From contig CM030332.1 in NCBI GenBank assembly GCA_017654855.1, positions 2,728,001 to 2,792,000 on the forward strand: a DNA stretch of 64,000 nt, given 5' to 3'. Within the stretch, counting starts at the first letter, position 1. Each line of letters opens with the position of its first letter. Below are positions 37,901 through 49,501 of the stretch, one piece after another. This stretch comes from Podospora anserina. Lineage: Eukaryota. Made by a program: the position numbers and the translations under genes. The notes below the pieces were generated by a model. It did not search any database. It saw nothing but the letters and a program-made list of their open reading frames with translations, and was not told where the DNA came from.

Positions 37901-40900
37901 AGCAGCACCGGACCTATCCAGCGGTGACTTGTCCGGGCTGTGAGATCGAAACTCTTCCAAACCAGATTTTTGGCTTTCGTATCCAAGAGACTGCTGAGAA
38001 TGCGTGCTTTGCAGGCCGGCATTCTGGTCGTCGCTTCCAAAGGAAAAGTCGGTCCAGGCAGAATTCTGACTGAGACGATTCCCAGGTGCCAGCAGCGAGG
38101 GGACAGTCAAACTGTGTAATGTGTTTGGTGTCTTTTCGTACTCTGCCAGTGGTGGCTGCGTGTCAAAAGGAGTTCCAGAATCTGACGATGTACATGTTGA
38201 ATCACGCAACGATGCCACATTGTCACTCAAACGCGGTCCGACATAAAAGTCTTCCAGCCGATCCAGCTTGTCCAGCACAATTCTGGGCTCCTCAAACCGC
38301 ACCACATCCTCCAAATGCGAAGTTTCCGATGCCTCAATCGTCACATTGCTGGCCGTCTGTCGTTCATCCTGTCGTGGCAGATCTGCTGCCGGCATGGCAA
38401 CACGAGGCGGGTTGTGGTGCAACGGCCGGAAATCATTTTCTGGGCCGAGAATCGTGACCGTTGTTTCGTAGTTGTCCGAGGTAAATGTGTACGGTCGGGG
38501 CACGTACTCATCGTCTTCGTCCTGGCTCGGTGCGGCAGTGGAGGTAGGCTCCGGCTGAAAGTCAGTGCGGGTTGGTGTTAGCTGGGGAGACATCTGGGGC
38601 TCCGTGGACGTGTCAAGCGAAATTTTTATGGATACACTGTCGTCATCGACCTTCTCATCCTCATCAAATGGAGATTGATAAGACGCCTTCTTGTGTAATA
38701 CTGGAACCACGGCCTGCTCGGCCGGCGGGCTAGAGGTTTCATGTTGAAAGCTTTCTGGCACAAAGGTGACTTGCGTGAGGCCAGGCATTGTCATGCCCAA
38801 AGCTTCATCTATGGCAGCTGTGTTTTCTGGCCTTTCTGGCTCAGGCTGGTCATCAATTTCGAACTCGGTCGTTGCAGTGCTAGCGGAGCAAGCAGACATG
38901 GGTTCTTCCTCTGGTTCCAGATGAGATGACCCAACATTGGGGAAACTGCCTGGTATTTCCAACCTCAGGGGTTCCAACGGGACCGGTGGAGCTGGTGTTG
39001 CAGGCACTGGTGGCGCTGGGGAGTCTCCAACCGGCGGTTGCAAATGCGACGATGGTGCCTCTTTCTCGATACCAATCTCCACAAACCTCAAGTTGTCAGT
39101 CGATCGAGCCGGCCTTATGGCGGCAGCGGCAGCGGCGGCATTGGCATTGGCGACGGCAGCCATCGTGGCCGCTTCTGCTTCCAGTTTGATCTTGGCCACC
39201 ACCTCCAGCTCCCTTTTCCTCTTGTCAGCAGCAGCCTGTCTCGCTTCCTTGGCCTGGCTGTCTCTGATGGACTTGCTGTAGGCAAGTTTGATAGTCTCAC
39301 GGCGCTGTGCAAAGTCAATGGGCCCGACAGAGAGTTTGCGCCTCCGTGTGCCTGATCCTTCTGCTTTTGGAGTGGGCCTCAAAGGTTGTCTCTGGGGTGA
39401 CGAACCTCGTTCCCGTTCTACGGCTCGCATTCTGGATGCTGCTGTGGTGGCCGTCGCCACAGATTGCCGTGGCCGCGAGCTACGAAGACTGGGTGACAAT
39501 TTCGGAGGAGTGACAGCAACATGGGCATTCAGCCGGCTGCCTGTCGTGGTTATGCTCGAGGGTGGGCCCTTGCGAGCTGTTGGTGTTTTGATCTGAGGTG
39601 TTGAAACCGTCGCACTGGTCGTCGGCGTCCTCGACCGGCTGGATGGTACATGCTGCCGAGATGTTCTCCCGCTGGCAGCTGCGTACTTGAGCGAAGGGGA
39701 GTTCGAACGAGTTGAGGCGGGACTGTCACTCTGGTTACTGATCTTCTTCACCATGATAGGGAGACGGGAGGTTGGGGAGGTCGGCGAGGTCGGTGATATC
39801 GGTGAGGCCACAGCGGATTCATTGGGAAACTGACGCCTCATTCCCAACTTGGATCCAGCAAAGTCGCTCTGAGCTCGGTTATGGTTTTTGGGTATACTCG
39901 TGTTGACGCTTGGATGATCGGAGGCCTGCTGGTCGCTTGGCGCGGCGCCGCGGTACCAGTCGGTGGGTGACGGAGGCTCGATGTCTGGATCTGATAAACT
40001 GCGCATCTGTAACCTTGAATGATGAATACTAGACTCGGACGTCCTCCGTGGCCGGGCATTTTCGATCCCAAAGCCGACTGTGGCCGAGTCGTTGTGTTCA
40101 GGCAGTATCTCGCCAAACAAGAGGCCGGGCTGGCGGGAGAGGCCTGGTTCCGGTCCTTTGGGCACTGCAGGAATCCTCGGTGAGGCATGGTTGTTTTGCT
40201 TGGATGGCTGTGGATGTGACGACGTTGCCGTACGAGGTCGACTGATCCTGCTCGCAAATGACTGCTGATCATCGGTCGGTCGTTGTGTTCCCCGAGTGAC
40301 AGATGTTCCCCGAACACTAGATGTCCCTCTGCTGGAACCATATGTTGACGAATTGCTCCCCGTGCCAGTGGCCCTTCCATTGGTGCTGCTGGATGACCTG
40401 GGCAGTGGCTTTCGAGCCGCTGCCCCGGGCTGTGTGGCGGTCTGGTCAAACTTCTTTTTCATCTCTTTCACACTCGTGGGAAAACTGTTGGCTGCTTTGG
40501 ACGAACGGTCGTCGACGGGGTTCGACACGGCACGCTGAGTCGGTCGAAGAGCATTGCGGTTCGTGGGGAGCCCTGATGGCCTTGATGCCGTTCCGTTGCC
40601 GTTGGAGCGCGTAGAGAGCGTCTGTCGAGAGCTGGACGAGGCCTGGGCCATGAGATCTACGGTTTGCGGGGACTCATTCCTGGGCTGCTGCGCACCTTGG
40701 TAGCTACGGTAAAAGTCGTCGGGATCTAGCGAGTCGTCCAGAGAGGAATTGGCAGCAAACGCCTGGAGGTTCGAGGCTGCGGCATGCGAGGCGAGGGGGG
40801 GTATTTGGCCGCCGGGTCGGGGGTCTAGGTCTCGGTCGAGATCGGCGCCGGGGTGGAAGTGGTGTTCATAAGGGTCGTAGGGGTCGTGGGAGTGGTGGTG

Positions 40901-41032
40901 CTGGGTGTGGTGCTGTTGTTGGTATTCGAAAAGCTGCTGGTGATGCTGGGGGTTATGGTGGTGATGGTGATGGTCGAAGAGCTGGCCGGGGCGCGAAGCA
41001 GGCGCCTCCTCTCCAAGACTGCCATCGTCCAT
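34993..41032 (-). CDS. Rho guanine-nucleotide exchange factor (DH domain + BAR-like helical region + C-terminal SH3-like domain; Tuba/dynamin-binding-protein-like)
   Basis: DH motifs RQLVIRELIDTEDAFVRDM and LDSLLVKPMQRITKYP; helical BAR-like segment (AMKKRAKRRLDYEK...YEALNETLKKELPKL); terminal AASLFEF...YPYLTYQAGE/IFDVIAEKGELWLA...GWIWSKHF SH3-like. Introns 36349-36400 and 35110-35202; stop TGA at 34993-34995. Confidence 0.92.
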
Positions 41033-41675
41033 GGTCTCGCTCCCATCACTCTCAGGTCGTTTGGCCAGTGGTGGAGGTCCGTAAGGTTACGTCGTGGACG
41101 GCGTGCATGCAAACGCTCCGTCCGCGACTGGCTGTGCGGAATTCAATGATCATCGAGATCCATCGTCCATAACTGGGCAACTGGACACTGGTAAGTGACT
41201 GGGGGGGTGGGAGGCGGCAGAGAGAGAGAGAGAAGATGTCGGGGCTCGTCGAGGTTGATGTGCTGGCGAGCGCGAGGATTGGCTGTCTGCACAAGCGACT
41301 GGGGACAGCCCTGGGCGAACGAAACACCTCCATCAACACCAGGTCCGGGATCCACCTCCATAAGAGCAAAAAAGTACGGGGCAAACGCTTCACTGCACCG
41401 AACCCTAGCCGCTCTGCTAGCCAGCTACAAGAGTCAGTGCGCTATCCGTACTTGTTCCTCAGAACCTCTGTGCAATTACGGCGCCTTTCGGGCAGCGGCC
41501 TATGGAATATCAATGAGACGACAGAGACGGGACGACACATATATGCTCATATCCTGTGCCATCGTCCGAGTGCGAGCCCTTTTTCTCCTGCTCTCCTTGA
41601 TGCGAGTTGGTCATACCCATCCATCCTGGGCACTTTGGCAAACTTTATTTTCTTTTTTCTGTTTTGAGAAGAATG

Positions 41676-41707
41676 TGTTGCAGTGTTGCAGTGTTGCAGT
41701 GTTGCAG
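41676..41707. repeat. Perfect 8-bp tandem repeat (TGTTGCAG)4
   Basis: tgttgcagtgttgcagtgttgcagtgttgcag seen directly, in the RhoGEF/TERT divergent intergenic region. Confidence 0.92.
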
Positions 41708-43147
41708 TTGGTACATAATCAACAGGGACAAGCTGCCTCGCGATGTCAGCTTGAGGGAAGTTGGAGGGGCGTTGGTGGATGACAAGAAAGTCTTGGAATT
41801 ACCCAGGCTATCGGTAAGGTTTCTCTTCTACCCGGACCCCCTGTAGATGTCCTCTACAACCTTAGGTGTATCCAATACTACTTACCAGCTGCCCGTTTGG
41901 GGATCAGGCTGATGTGCTGACCTTCTGCGGCTGCGCGGCTTGTGTTGGCCGGCATCAACCGTCTCTCCACTCCTCGAACAATTCGAGAAGATAGGAATAC
42001 GACCTTTTTCTGGGCTCTATCCCATGTGAGTATCGAAAGGGATTCAAAGTGTTTGATGGTGTAGGTAGCTAGCTGTGCTGCTGCCCAGAAAGCGGGGGCC
42101 ATCCATCATGATCGTGTAATTGCCCGTTCTGTCTCAACGGTGCAGTGGGGATTGAACAGGGGGTCTGCGGCGGGTTTTCGGCCGATTCTGTAGAAGATAC
42201 ATAACTTGGCATGGCATCCGAACTTTTTTGCTGATGTTTTGTTTTCTCTCATCCGAATCCTCCTCAGTTCATAGCAGTTGACTGTGTGGACGAACAGACA
42301 TGTGAGAGAAGGCCCCTGCCCGTAGCGGGGCACCAGGGGTGGGATGTTTCCATCCATGAAGATGATGAATTCGAGCCAACAACAGATCCAACGAATCGCA
42401 AATGCTGAAGGGACAGGCATGAATACAAGTCAACCCTGTGTGGCTGCCCAATGACGCACTGTTCAACCAGCTGTGCCGCCGAGATAACCTTGACTGCCCG
42501 ACCCTTGAGCTTGACCAGCTGTGACTGGCCGCCAAGCTTAAGCTCTCTCTCTGACTTCTTGACCCTTCGTGGCCGAGACTGTACACCCGGAGCCTGAACT
42601 CCTAGAGCAGGTGTGGCGTAGGGCCATGAGGTGAGAAGGAACCAATACATCCAGCTCAGAATAAAAATATTTCAGGTTGCCGGTAAAGCAGGAGAGACGA
42701 CTTGTCGCAGACCGTTTGAGGCTTGAGCCACACGCCGCCACACGCCGACGCGCCGCCAGTCACACAACATCTTGAACACCAGGAACCAGTGCCGCTCGCC
42801 CGCCTCGGTATTAATTGTCGCTTTTCAACTTTTCGTGACTTTCCCACGCGCTCCATATCCAATCAACCGAACGGACACACATCCGTTTTCACTCATTCAT
42901 CCCCGGCCAACTTCCCCGGCCCGCCCACCCACCACACCACGACAGCCCGACTCCCACGACTCCCACCACTCCCTTCAACGGATTATCCCGAGTCCTGGAT
43001 CCTGCGACCCCACGACCCAATCAGCCACCAGCACATGTTTGGTCGTTGCTGGTTGGTCCTGAGCTCTCAGAAGCCGTCATCTAATTCCCTCAGAAATGCC
43101 TGGACTAGGAAACTGGACTAGGAGGACATCTTCGACACTTTCCAATC

Positions 43148-46100
43148 ATGACAACTATTCTTGCGTCAAGACCGGCCAAAGGGAAGAGGAGTCGAGACAA
43201 TAGCGGCGAACTAACTCGCAACGGCTCTGCTGATCACCCTGCAAAACATCAGAGGACCGGGCATGAACCACGCGATGCCGTTGTCAAGCATGCGCTGTTG
43301 AGTCAGTACTATTCTGAGACACAAACATTACGACAGTACGCACTGTCGAAACTGCCAACCTCTTCACGCATCCGGCGCAAGAAAATCGCAACAGTAGGGC
43401 TTTCTGGCTCTTCTGTCCAGAAGTCTTCAACTGAAGAGGAGACTATCTTGGGAGAGCTGCTGGACACAACAGTTGTTGCCTGGCGCCACGATGCCACCGC
43501 GAGAAAGAACAGCTACCGCTGGGAGAAGTGGATTGCCTTCTCGCAGAAGGGGAAAGGAGATGAATCCTATGTGACCTTGTCAGATGGACTTAGGAGGTCC
43601 ATGTACTCGCAATCCGATGTAAGTCATAGAGAGTAGTGGAGATTCGCATAGTCCACCAACTTACATGGCCGTCTGTCAAAGATTGTAGACTTTGTTATCT
43701 GGCTTCTTTTCTCCCAGCAGGAGGCTGGTGTCCGGTTGAAGCATTTGTTATGCGACGGCTTTCGGAGAAGTGTAAATGAGAATGCTCATCCGAAGGAGGC
43801 AGCCGCCCCAAGCAAGCCAATCCCCGGGCTCTTTGCAGTAGAACGCAATCAGCAAGTAGAAGCCCTCAGGGAAAAGCCATGGCCACAGCTTCTCATGCTC
43901 TTGGGCAAAGAAGGGGAGCGCATCATGATCGACCTGCTTGTCGACTGTGCCATTTTCCGGGCTGTAAAAGCAGGCAAGGGCAACATGCAACAGCTTTGTG
44001 GGATTCCCATTTCAGAACTGAGCCCTTTGGAGGCAAAGCCCATCGACAAAGAAAATCCCATGCGCCCCTCCGAGATCTCTTTTGTCAGAAGCCGTATGCT
44101 CTATGCCAGAGCTGCTCTCAATGCTCGTGGCGCTGTTCACTTTGGCTTACGTCACATCCGTGAGTGGCCCTTTTTACCCCTATTTGGGAGTTGCCAAGAC
44201 AAAAACTAACCCCTGAGTTTTTTGTCTAGATGTGTTGAACAGGTTTCCATATAAGGCACCCACCCCCACCGAAGAGGATACTAACCACGGGAATGTGGTG
44301 CATATCTTGGTGTACATGTTTCCCCGTCAATTTGGGCTGCATAATCCATTTACGTCGGTTGTGGACCGCCAGAAGACAACTCAGAGGTTCCAGGACTACA
44401 CCCTTCGTGAAGAGGAGATAGCCGAGAAGTTTTCCAAGTTGGATACGCCCGGAAAGCCTATCAGGCACGTTCCCAAGAGACTCAGAGGGCAGGTCCAACA
44501 TCTTGTCGAGCGACTTCAGATATTGCACGGCCGTTGCGCATATGCCGAGATGATGAAGCACTATTGCCCAGTAGGCTGTCCCGTCCCAATTCAGCTAGTA
44601 CCAACGCTCACACTCTTAGGTACCTGGCTTGACAGAAAGCCGTAAGATGGGTTCCACTTCCATGGAAAGGTCATTAGTTTCATCATCAAGGCCAGCTGGC
44701 GAAGCTTCTCGGGGCAAGAAGAAGACTCGGCAGAATGCAGCCCCGGATTGGAACTTGAAGTACAGCTCTCTCACGGAGTTGGCAACTCCAACATCGTCTG
44801 TCTCGGCCTTTTGCCAGGCTATACTAGCCAAGGTGATCCCCAATGAGTTCTGGGGCCAGGGCGACGCACAAGAGCACAACAAGGCCTGCCTTCTCAAAAA
44901 GGTCCACGAGTTCATTCATCTGCGGCGGTTTGAGAGCATGTGTCTGCATGAGGTCATGCAGGGAATGAAGGTAAAATAATCTCTCTGCACATCTTAGAAC
45001 GCGGTATGCTAACTGCTTTCCAGCTCCAAGATATCGACTGGCTCGCACCTCCTGGACTAGCCAACCAAAAATGCTCGCAGTCAGACATGCAGAAACGAAC
45101 CGAAATCTTTTACGAGTTTCTCTACCACCTGTTTGATTCATTCTTGATACCCTTGATTCGAAGCAATTTCTATGTCACTGATTCCAGTGTTGACAAGTAT
45201 TGTCTGTTTTTCTATCGGCATGACGTCTGGCGGTATGTTGCCGAGCCTGCCATGGCCGCGCTCAAGACCAGGATGTTTGAGGAGGTCAGGTTGGAAGATG
45301 CTTTACGGATCTTGGGGTCCCGCAAACTTGGACTTGCCCACCTTCGGCTGGTTCCCAAGGAAACCAACATGAGACCTCTCATGAATTTGTCACGTCGGAC
45401 TCTGCGGCCAGGGGGGAAAGCTGGGTTGAGCTACAGTATCAATACTAATTTGGGGCCGGTGAATTCGGTGCTCAAGCTTGAGAGGGTGTGTGAAAACCTT
45501 TCTTGAGATTGGACCTTTAAGCTAACGAAACAACAGACACGAAATGCCGAGCGTCTCGGATCTTCCCTCTTCTCAGTGAGCGACATCTACCCCCGCATCA
45601 AGGCATTCAAAACCTCCCTTGGCCAAGGAAACCACAAGCTCTACTTTGCCAAAGTTGACGTCACGGCCGCCTACGATACCATCCCCCAAGACGCCATGAT
45701 CAAACTACTCCGCCAGATCCCCAAGCAAGCCTTTTACAAAATCAAGAAACACGCCGAAGTCAGCCCCCTCGAAATGGTCCTTGGCAAAGGCAGCACTGCC
45801 AAAGCCGCCAGCCGCTGGCCTTCGGTAGCCCAACCAAACAAAGACCCCCTCCCCTTCTCCCAACTCATCGAGACCACTCTCGCCCCGACCAAAAAAGACA
45901 CCATCTTCGTCGACCGCTCCAACGCCCAGAAAACCCACAACACCCGGGACCTGATGTCTCTATCCACGTCCCACATCAAAGACAACCTCATCCGCATAGG
46001 CAAGAAACACTACCGCCAAAAATCCGGCATCCCTCAAGGCTCGGTGATTTCCTCCGCCCTCTGCAACTACTTCTACGCCGACCTCGAGCGCACCCACCTC

Positions 46101-47055
46101 TCCTTTTTGTTCTCCGATGACAACACCAACGACAGCCTGCTCCTCCGGCTGATAGACGACTTCCTCCTCATCACCACCTCCCTCCCCAAAGCAACCCAGT
46201 TCATCACAACAATGCACTCTGGCGTCCCCGCCTACGGCGTAACCGTCAACCCTTCAAAGTCCCTCGTTAATTTCCCCGTCACCATTAACGGCACCACTCT
46301 CCCAACCTTACAATCCAAAAACAACAACAGACCAGCTCAATTCCCCTACACGGGCCTATTCATCAACACCAAAACTCTCGAAATCTCCAAAGATAACACC
46401 GCTCTTACAGGTAACCCTAAAAGCGGTATTGACCCCCGTCCTTCTGTTGTTGTATTACCGTGATACAAAAATACTAACAAAGCATTTATAGTCTTCAACT
46501 CTTTAACAGTAGAACACACCCGCCGCCCAGGCCGCAACTTTTCCCGCAAGGTCCTCGCCTCGTTCAAGCTCCAGTCGGGCATCCACCTTTATGATACCAG
46601 CCTCAACTCGAGGCCCAAGGTGCTGGCCAACGCGTTTGCCGCCTTTGGGGTCTGCGCCAGGAAGATGTGGGCTTATGGGAGGTGTATGGGGAAGAAACGA
46701 CAGCCCGGTGGGGGGGTTGTTAAAGGTAGTTTATATCTTGGTGTAGACACGAAAGTGTTGGGTTTGCTGACACAAAACGGGGATAGATACTATCAGGTCA
46801 TTGATTGATGTTGCGTTTCTGCTGCTGACGAGCAAAAGCAGAAAGGAGAGGTGGCCGGGGTATGAGTGTATGGTTACAAAGGGGGAGGTGGCGTGGTTGG
46901 TGATGGTGGCTTTTAGACAGGTTCTTGTTAGGAAGCAGACGGGATACAGAGAGGTTGTGGTTTGGCTGCAGGAGGAGACGGTCAACTTGTCGAAGGGGAA
47001 GAAGGGGGTTGGTGTTGCGGGTTTAATCAAGATTGTTAGGGGAGTTGGGATCTGA
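43148..47055 (+). CDS. tert: Telomerase reverse transcriptase (TERT/EST2)
   Basis: TEN region (PWPQLLMLLGKEGERIMIDLL...QLCGIP), QFP-like MFPRQFGLHNPF, CP region, T motif SNFYVTDS...FYRHDVW, motif 1/2 LRLVPK...MRPLMNL, A YFAKVDVTAAYDTIPQ, B' GIPQGSVISSALCNYFY, C LLRLIDDFLLIT, D GVPAYGVTVNPSKS, E FPYTGLFIN. Seven introns: 43619-43681, 44160-44229, 44571-44619, 44971-45023, 45486-45536, 46411(or 46426)-46491 and 46726-46786. Confidence 0.97.
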
Positions 47056-47309
47056 TGGTTGAGATCGGAAGTTTGTTGGAAATGCTAGCAAGTGCGTTTA
47101 AAGCATGTTTATAATGCACATGTAGGAAGATTGAAATCGATAGATAATCTATGTCTGTACTGGTCTATCGCTAACCCAGATATGTTTGTAAATGCCTTGA
47201 ACCAAGTCCAGCTACTTCCCATCAAGTCTGTTTTATGTATATGCCCTTTATCCGCTACACCTTGACACCCGACCATTAACACACCAGCATCATCCTCTCT
47301 CACACCTTC

Positions 47310-48953
47310 TCAAAGTTTAAGCCCGCTCTCCCACCACCTGCCTTCAGGTCCCCACCACCATCTCAAGCCATACTCCTCGTCCAACCTCCACACATTTCCA
47401 TTATTCCCTCCCAGCATATCTCCATAACCCAAGATCTTTACCAACCATCTCACCGGCGAGAACGGCACAGGCTCAAACAACCAGATCCCCGCCCTGCTCA
47501 TATCATCAACAAGCCCCCAACCAGTCAACTGAAGCCACACAGCAACAACAACCAAGTTCCCTACCCTCCTCCACCTCGTCGAAAAGTTCCTCTCAATGAA
47601 CCCCCTAAAATACTGACAAACAAAGCCCTGAACCAGCACCCCGACGCCCTGAGTGGCAAAAAACATAATTGGCGTCCAAAACTTGGTCGTAGGACTCATA
47701 GACGTCAACCCGCCACAGGCATGCATCAGCCCCGACAAGAAAAACGCAATCAACACCGTAACCACCGTCTTCGCCCTCGTCGGCTTCTTAGCCCGTCGCT
47801 CCTTATCATTGTCATACCCCTTTCCATTCACCTCCCCGTTGGTATCCCTCACCCTCAAAGCAGGCACCGTCTCCCCCGTAGTCACCACATCAAAAACCCA
47901 CTCCCCCGCCGCCGCGAACCCCCTCCTAAAACTCTGATGCCACCACGCCCCCCAAAACCCAGCCAGCCCTTTCTCCTTCACCATGTGAAACCCCCCAAAC
48001 AGACTCGGATACTGCCACAACTCCCCCTGCACCCCCAACAAATCCAACCCCCCCTTCCCAAGCACACAGTAATTAACCAACTGATAAATCGAATGAAAAT
48101 AAAACAATCCCGCCGCCACCCCCGTAATCCCCAAGATGCTCCTCCCCAAGCTCACCACCCCCATCGGCACCCCCTCCAGCGCCGGGGGCAAACTGTTGAT
48201 TTTCCAATGCGACGCGTGCACATACTCGGGCCCCAAAACAATATACGGATCCGCCCTCCCAAACGTAGTCCACACATCAATCACCACCCAACTCCACCCA
48301 ACCTGCCACAACCGATCCCTCACAAACTCCCTCCCCGTCTCACAAACCCAATACCCCTGCCTCGTCACCTTTTCCATCCTCCCCATCTCAACCGTTTGTC
48401 CCTGGCCCCCTCCCGCTGTCGGAAACGGCGGGGAGGGTATAGTACTAACAGCATAATTCCACCCCACCCCCCTAAAATTCAACAGCAAATCCCCCGCCCA
48501 TCCCACCCTCTTCCACCAACTCCCCTCCTCAGGGTAAAACTCCCATGTATACCCCCCCGTTTCCCCATCTCTCACAACACGCGCAGCATCCCACTGCGGC
48601 CGTGTAAACAACACCAGCGTCAACCCCCACACCGTCCCATGACAGGCAATCAACCCAACAGCATAACCAATCGCGACGTTGGAACCAGAGGTGGTGAGTA
48701 GGAGTGTGTAATCGATGTACACGATCAAAAAGGCGACCACCCACCTAAGGGAATATAGCCAGGGGCGGGATTTATGTGGGATGGAGAGGTAGAGCAAGGG
48801 GAGGAAGAGGGTGCCGAAGAAGGCGGAGGGGAGGACGAGGGGTTTGATCTTTCCGAGGGAGAGCTGGGTGTAAAAAAGGGTGCGGAGGTGAAAAATTTGA
48901 GCGGTGGGGAGGTGGTAGAGGGGGTCGTTGGGGTTGAGGGTGGTGGTGGTCAT
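47310..48953 (-). CDS. Membrane-bound O-acyltransferase (MBOAT_2 / wax-synthase / TRI7-like)
   Basis: Single-exon 547-aa multi-pass hydrophobic protein with NFRGVGWN, GLAGFWGAWWHQSFR and AFFLSGLMH (catalytic His-type) motifs. Confidence 0.88.
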   Translation of the reverse strand: MTTTTLNPNDPLYHLPTAQIFHLRTLFYTQLSLGKIKPLVLPSAFFGTLFLPLLYLSIPHKSRPWLYSLRWVVAFLIVYIDYTLLLTTSGSNVAIGYAVGLIACHGTVWGLTLVLFTRPQWDAARVVRDGETGGYTWEFYPEEGSWWKRVGWAGDLLLNFRGVGWNYAVSTIPSPPFPTAGGGQGQTVEMGRMEKVTRQGYWVCETGREFVRDRLWQVGWSWVVIDVWTTFGRADPYIVLGPEYVHASHWKINSLPPALEGVPMGVVSLGRSILGITGVAAGLFYFHSIYQLVNYCVLGKGGLDLLGVQGELWQYPSLFGGFHMVKEKGLAGFWGAWWHQSFRRGFAAAGEWVFDVVTTGETVPALRVRDTNGEVNGKGYDNDKERRAKKPTRAKTVVTVLIAFFLSGLMHACGGLTSMSPTTKFWTPIMFFATQGVGVLVQGFVCQYFRGFIERNFSTRWRRVGNLVVVAVWLQLTGWGLVDDMSRAGIWLFEPVPFSPVRWLVKILGYGDMLGGNNGNVWRLDEEYGLRWWWGPEGRWWESGLKL

Positions 48954-49501
48954 GGTTTGGCGCCGGTGATGCTCGGATGGTGGTATATATGCACGAACGT
49001 TGGGCGGCTAGCGGGATGGTACCCCCCCTCTTTGCCGGACTGTCGGGTCAATGGTGGGGGAGTGAGAAAAAGAAGAAGAAAAACCGCAAAAAAGTCAATT
49101 GAACAGTGTGTTCATTGTTTCGGGGGGGAAATATGAGAGAAATCAATGAGGCGAAAATGTTTGTGAGACATTTGCTCGAGTTCCCGAATTATATCGTCGC
49201 TGACACAGCCACTTGTTTTTGAGAACAGTGCCCAATATAGGTACATCTTGCCGCCGCTAGCAACCAACTGCTCCGAGAGGCTGACCAACACCGACAACAA
49301 ATGTAATAAAAAATAAAAAATAAAAAGTCACAATCTACCATGTGGCGTGGTTGTCTATATGATCATGAATTATTCGTCGCTAATGTCTAGTATTTGGTCA
49401 CAGACTTTTGGGCTTGAATCGCAGCAAACGTTCTTTAGGATGGAGATGGGATGAAGGAGATCATTCTTTCCAAAAATTACTTGTACTTTCCACATTGATA
49501 T

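Noticed and set aside
45576..46463. Reverse transcriptase ORF as a possible retroelement
   Set aside because: It is an internal exon of a spliced gene with telomerase-specific TEN, CP, QFP and T motifs; no LTR, gag, RNase H or integrase.
47721..48701. 326-aa Pro/His-rich plus-strand ORF
   Set aside because: Antisense to the G-rich MBOAT gene; low-complexity artefact.
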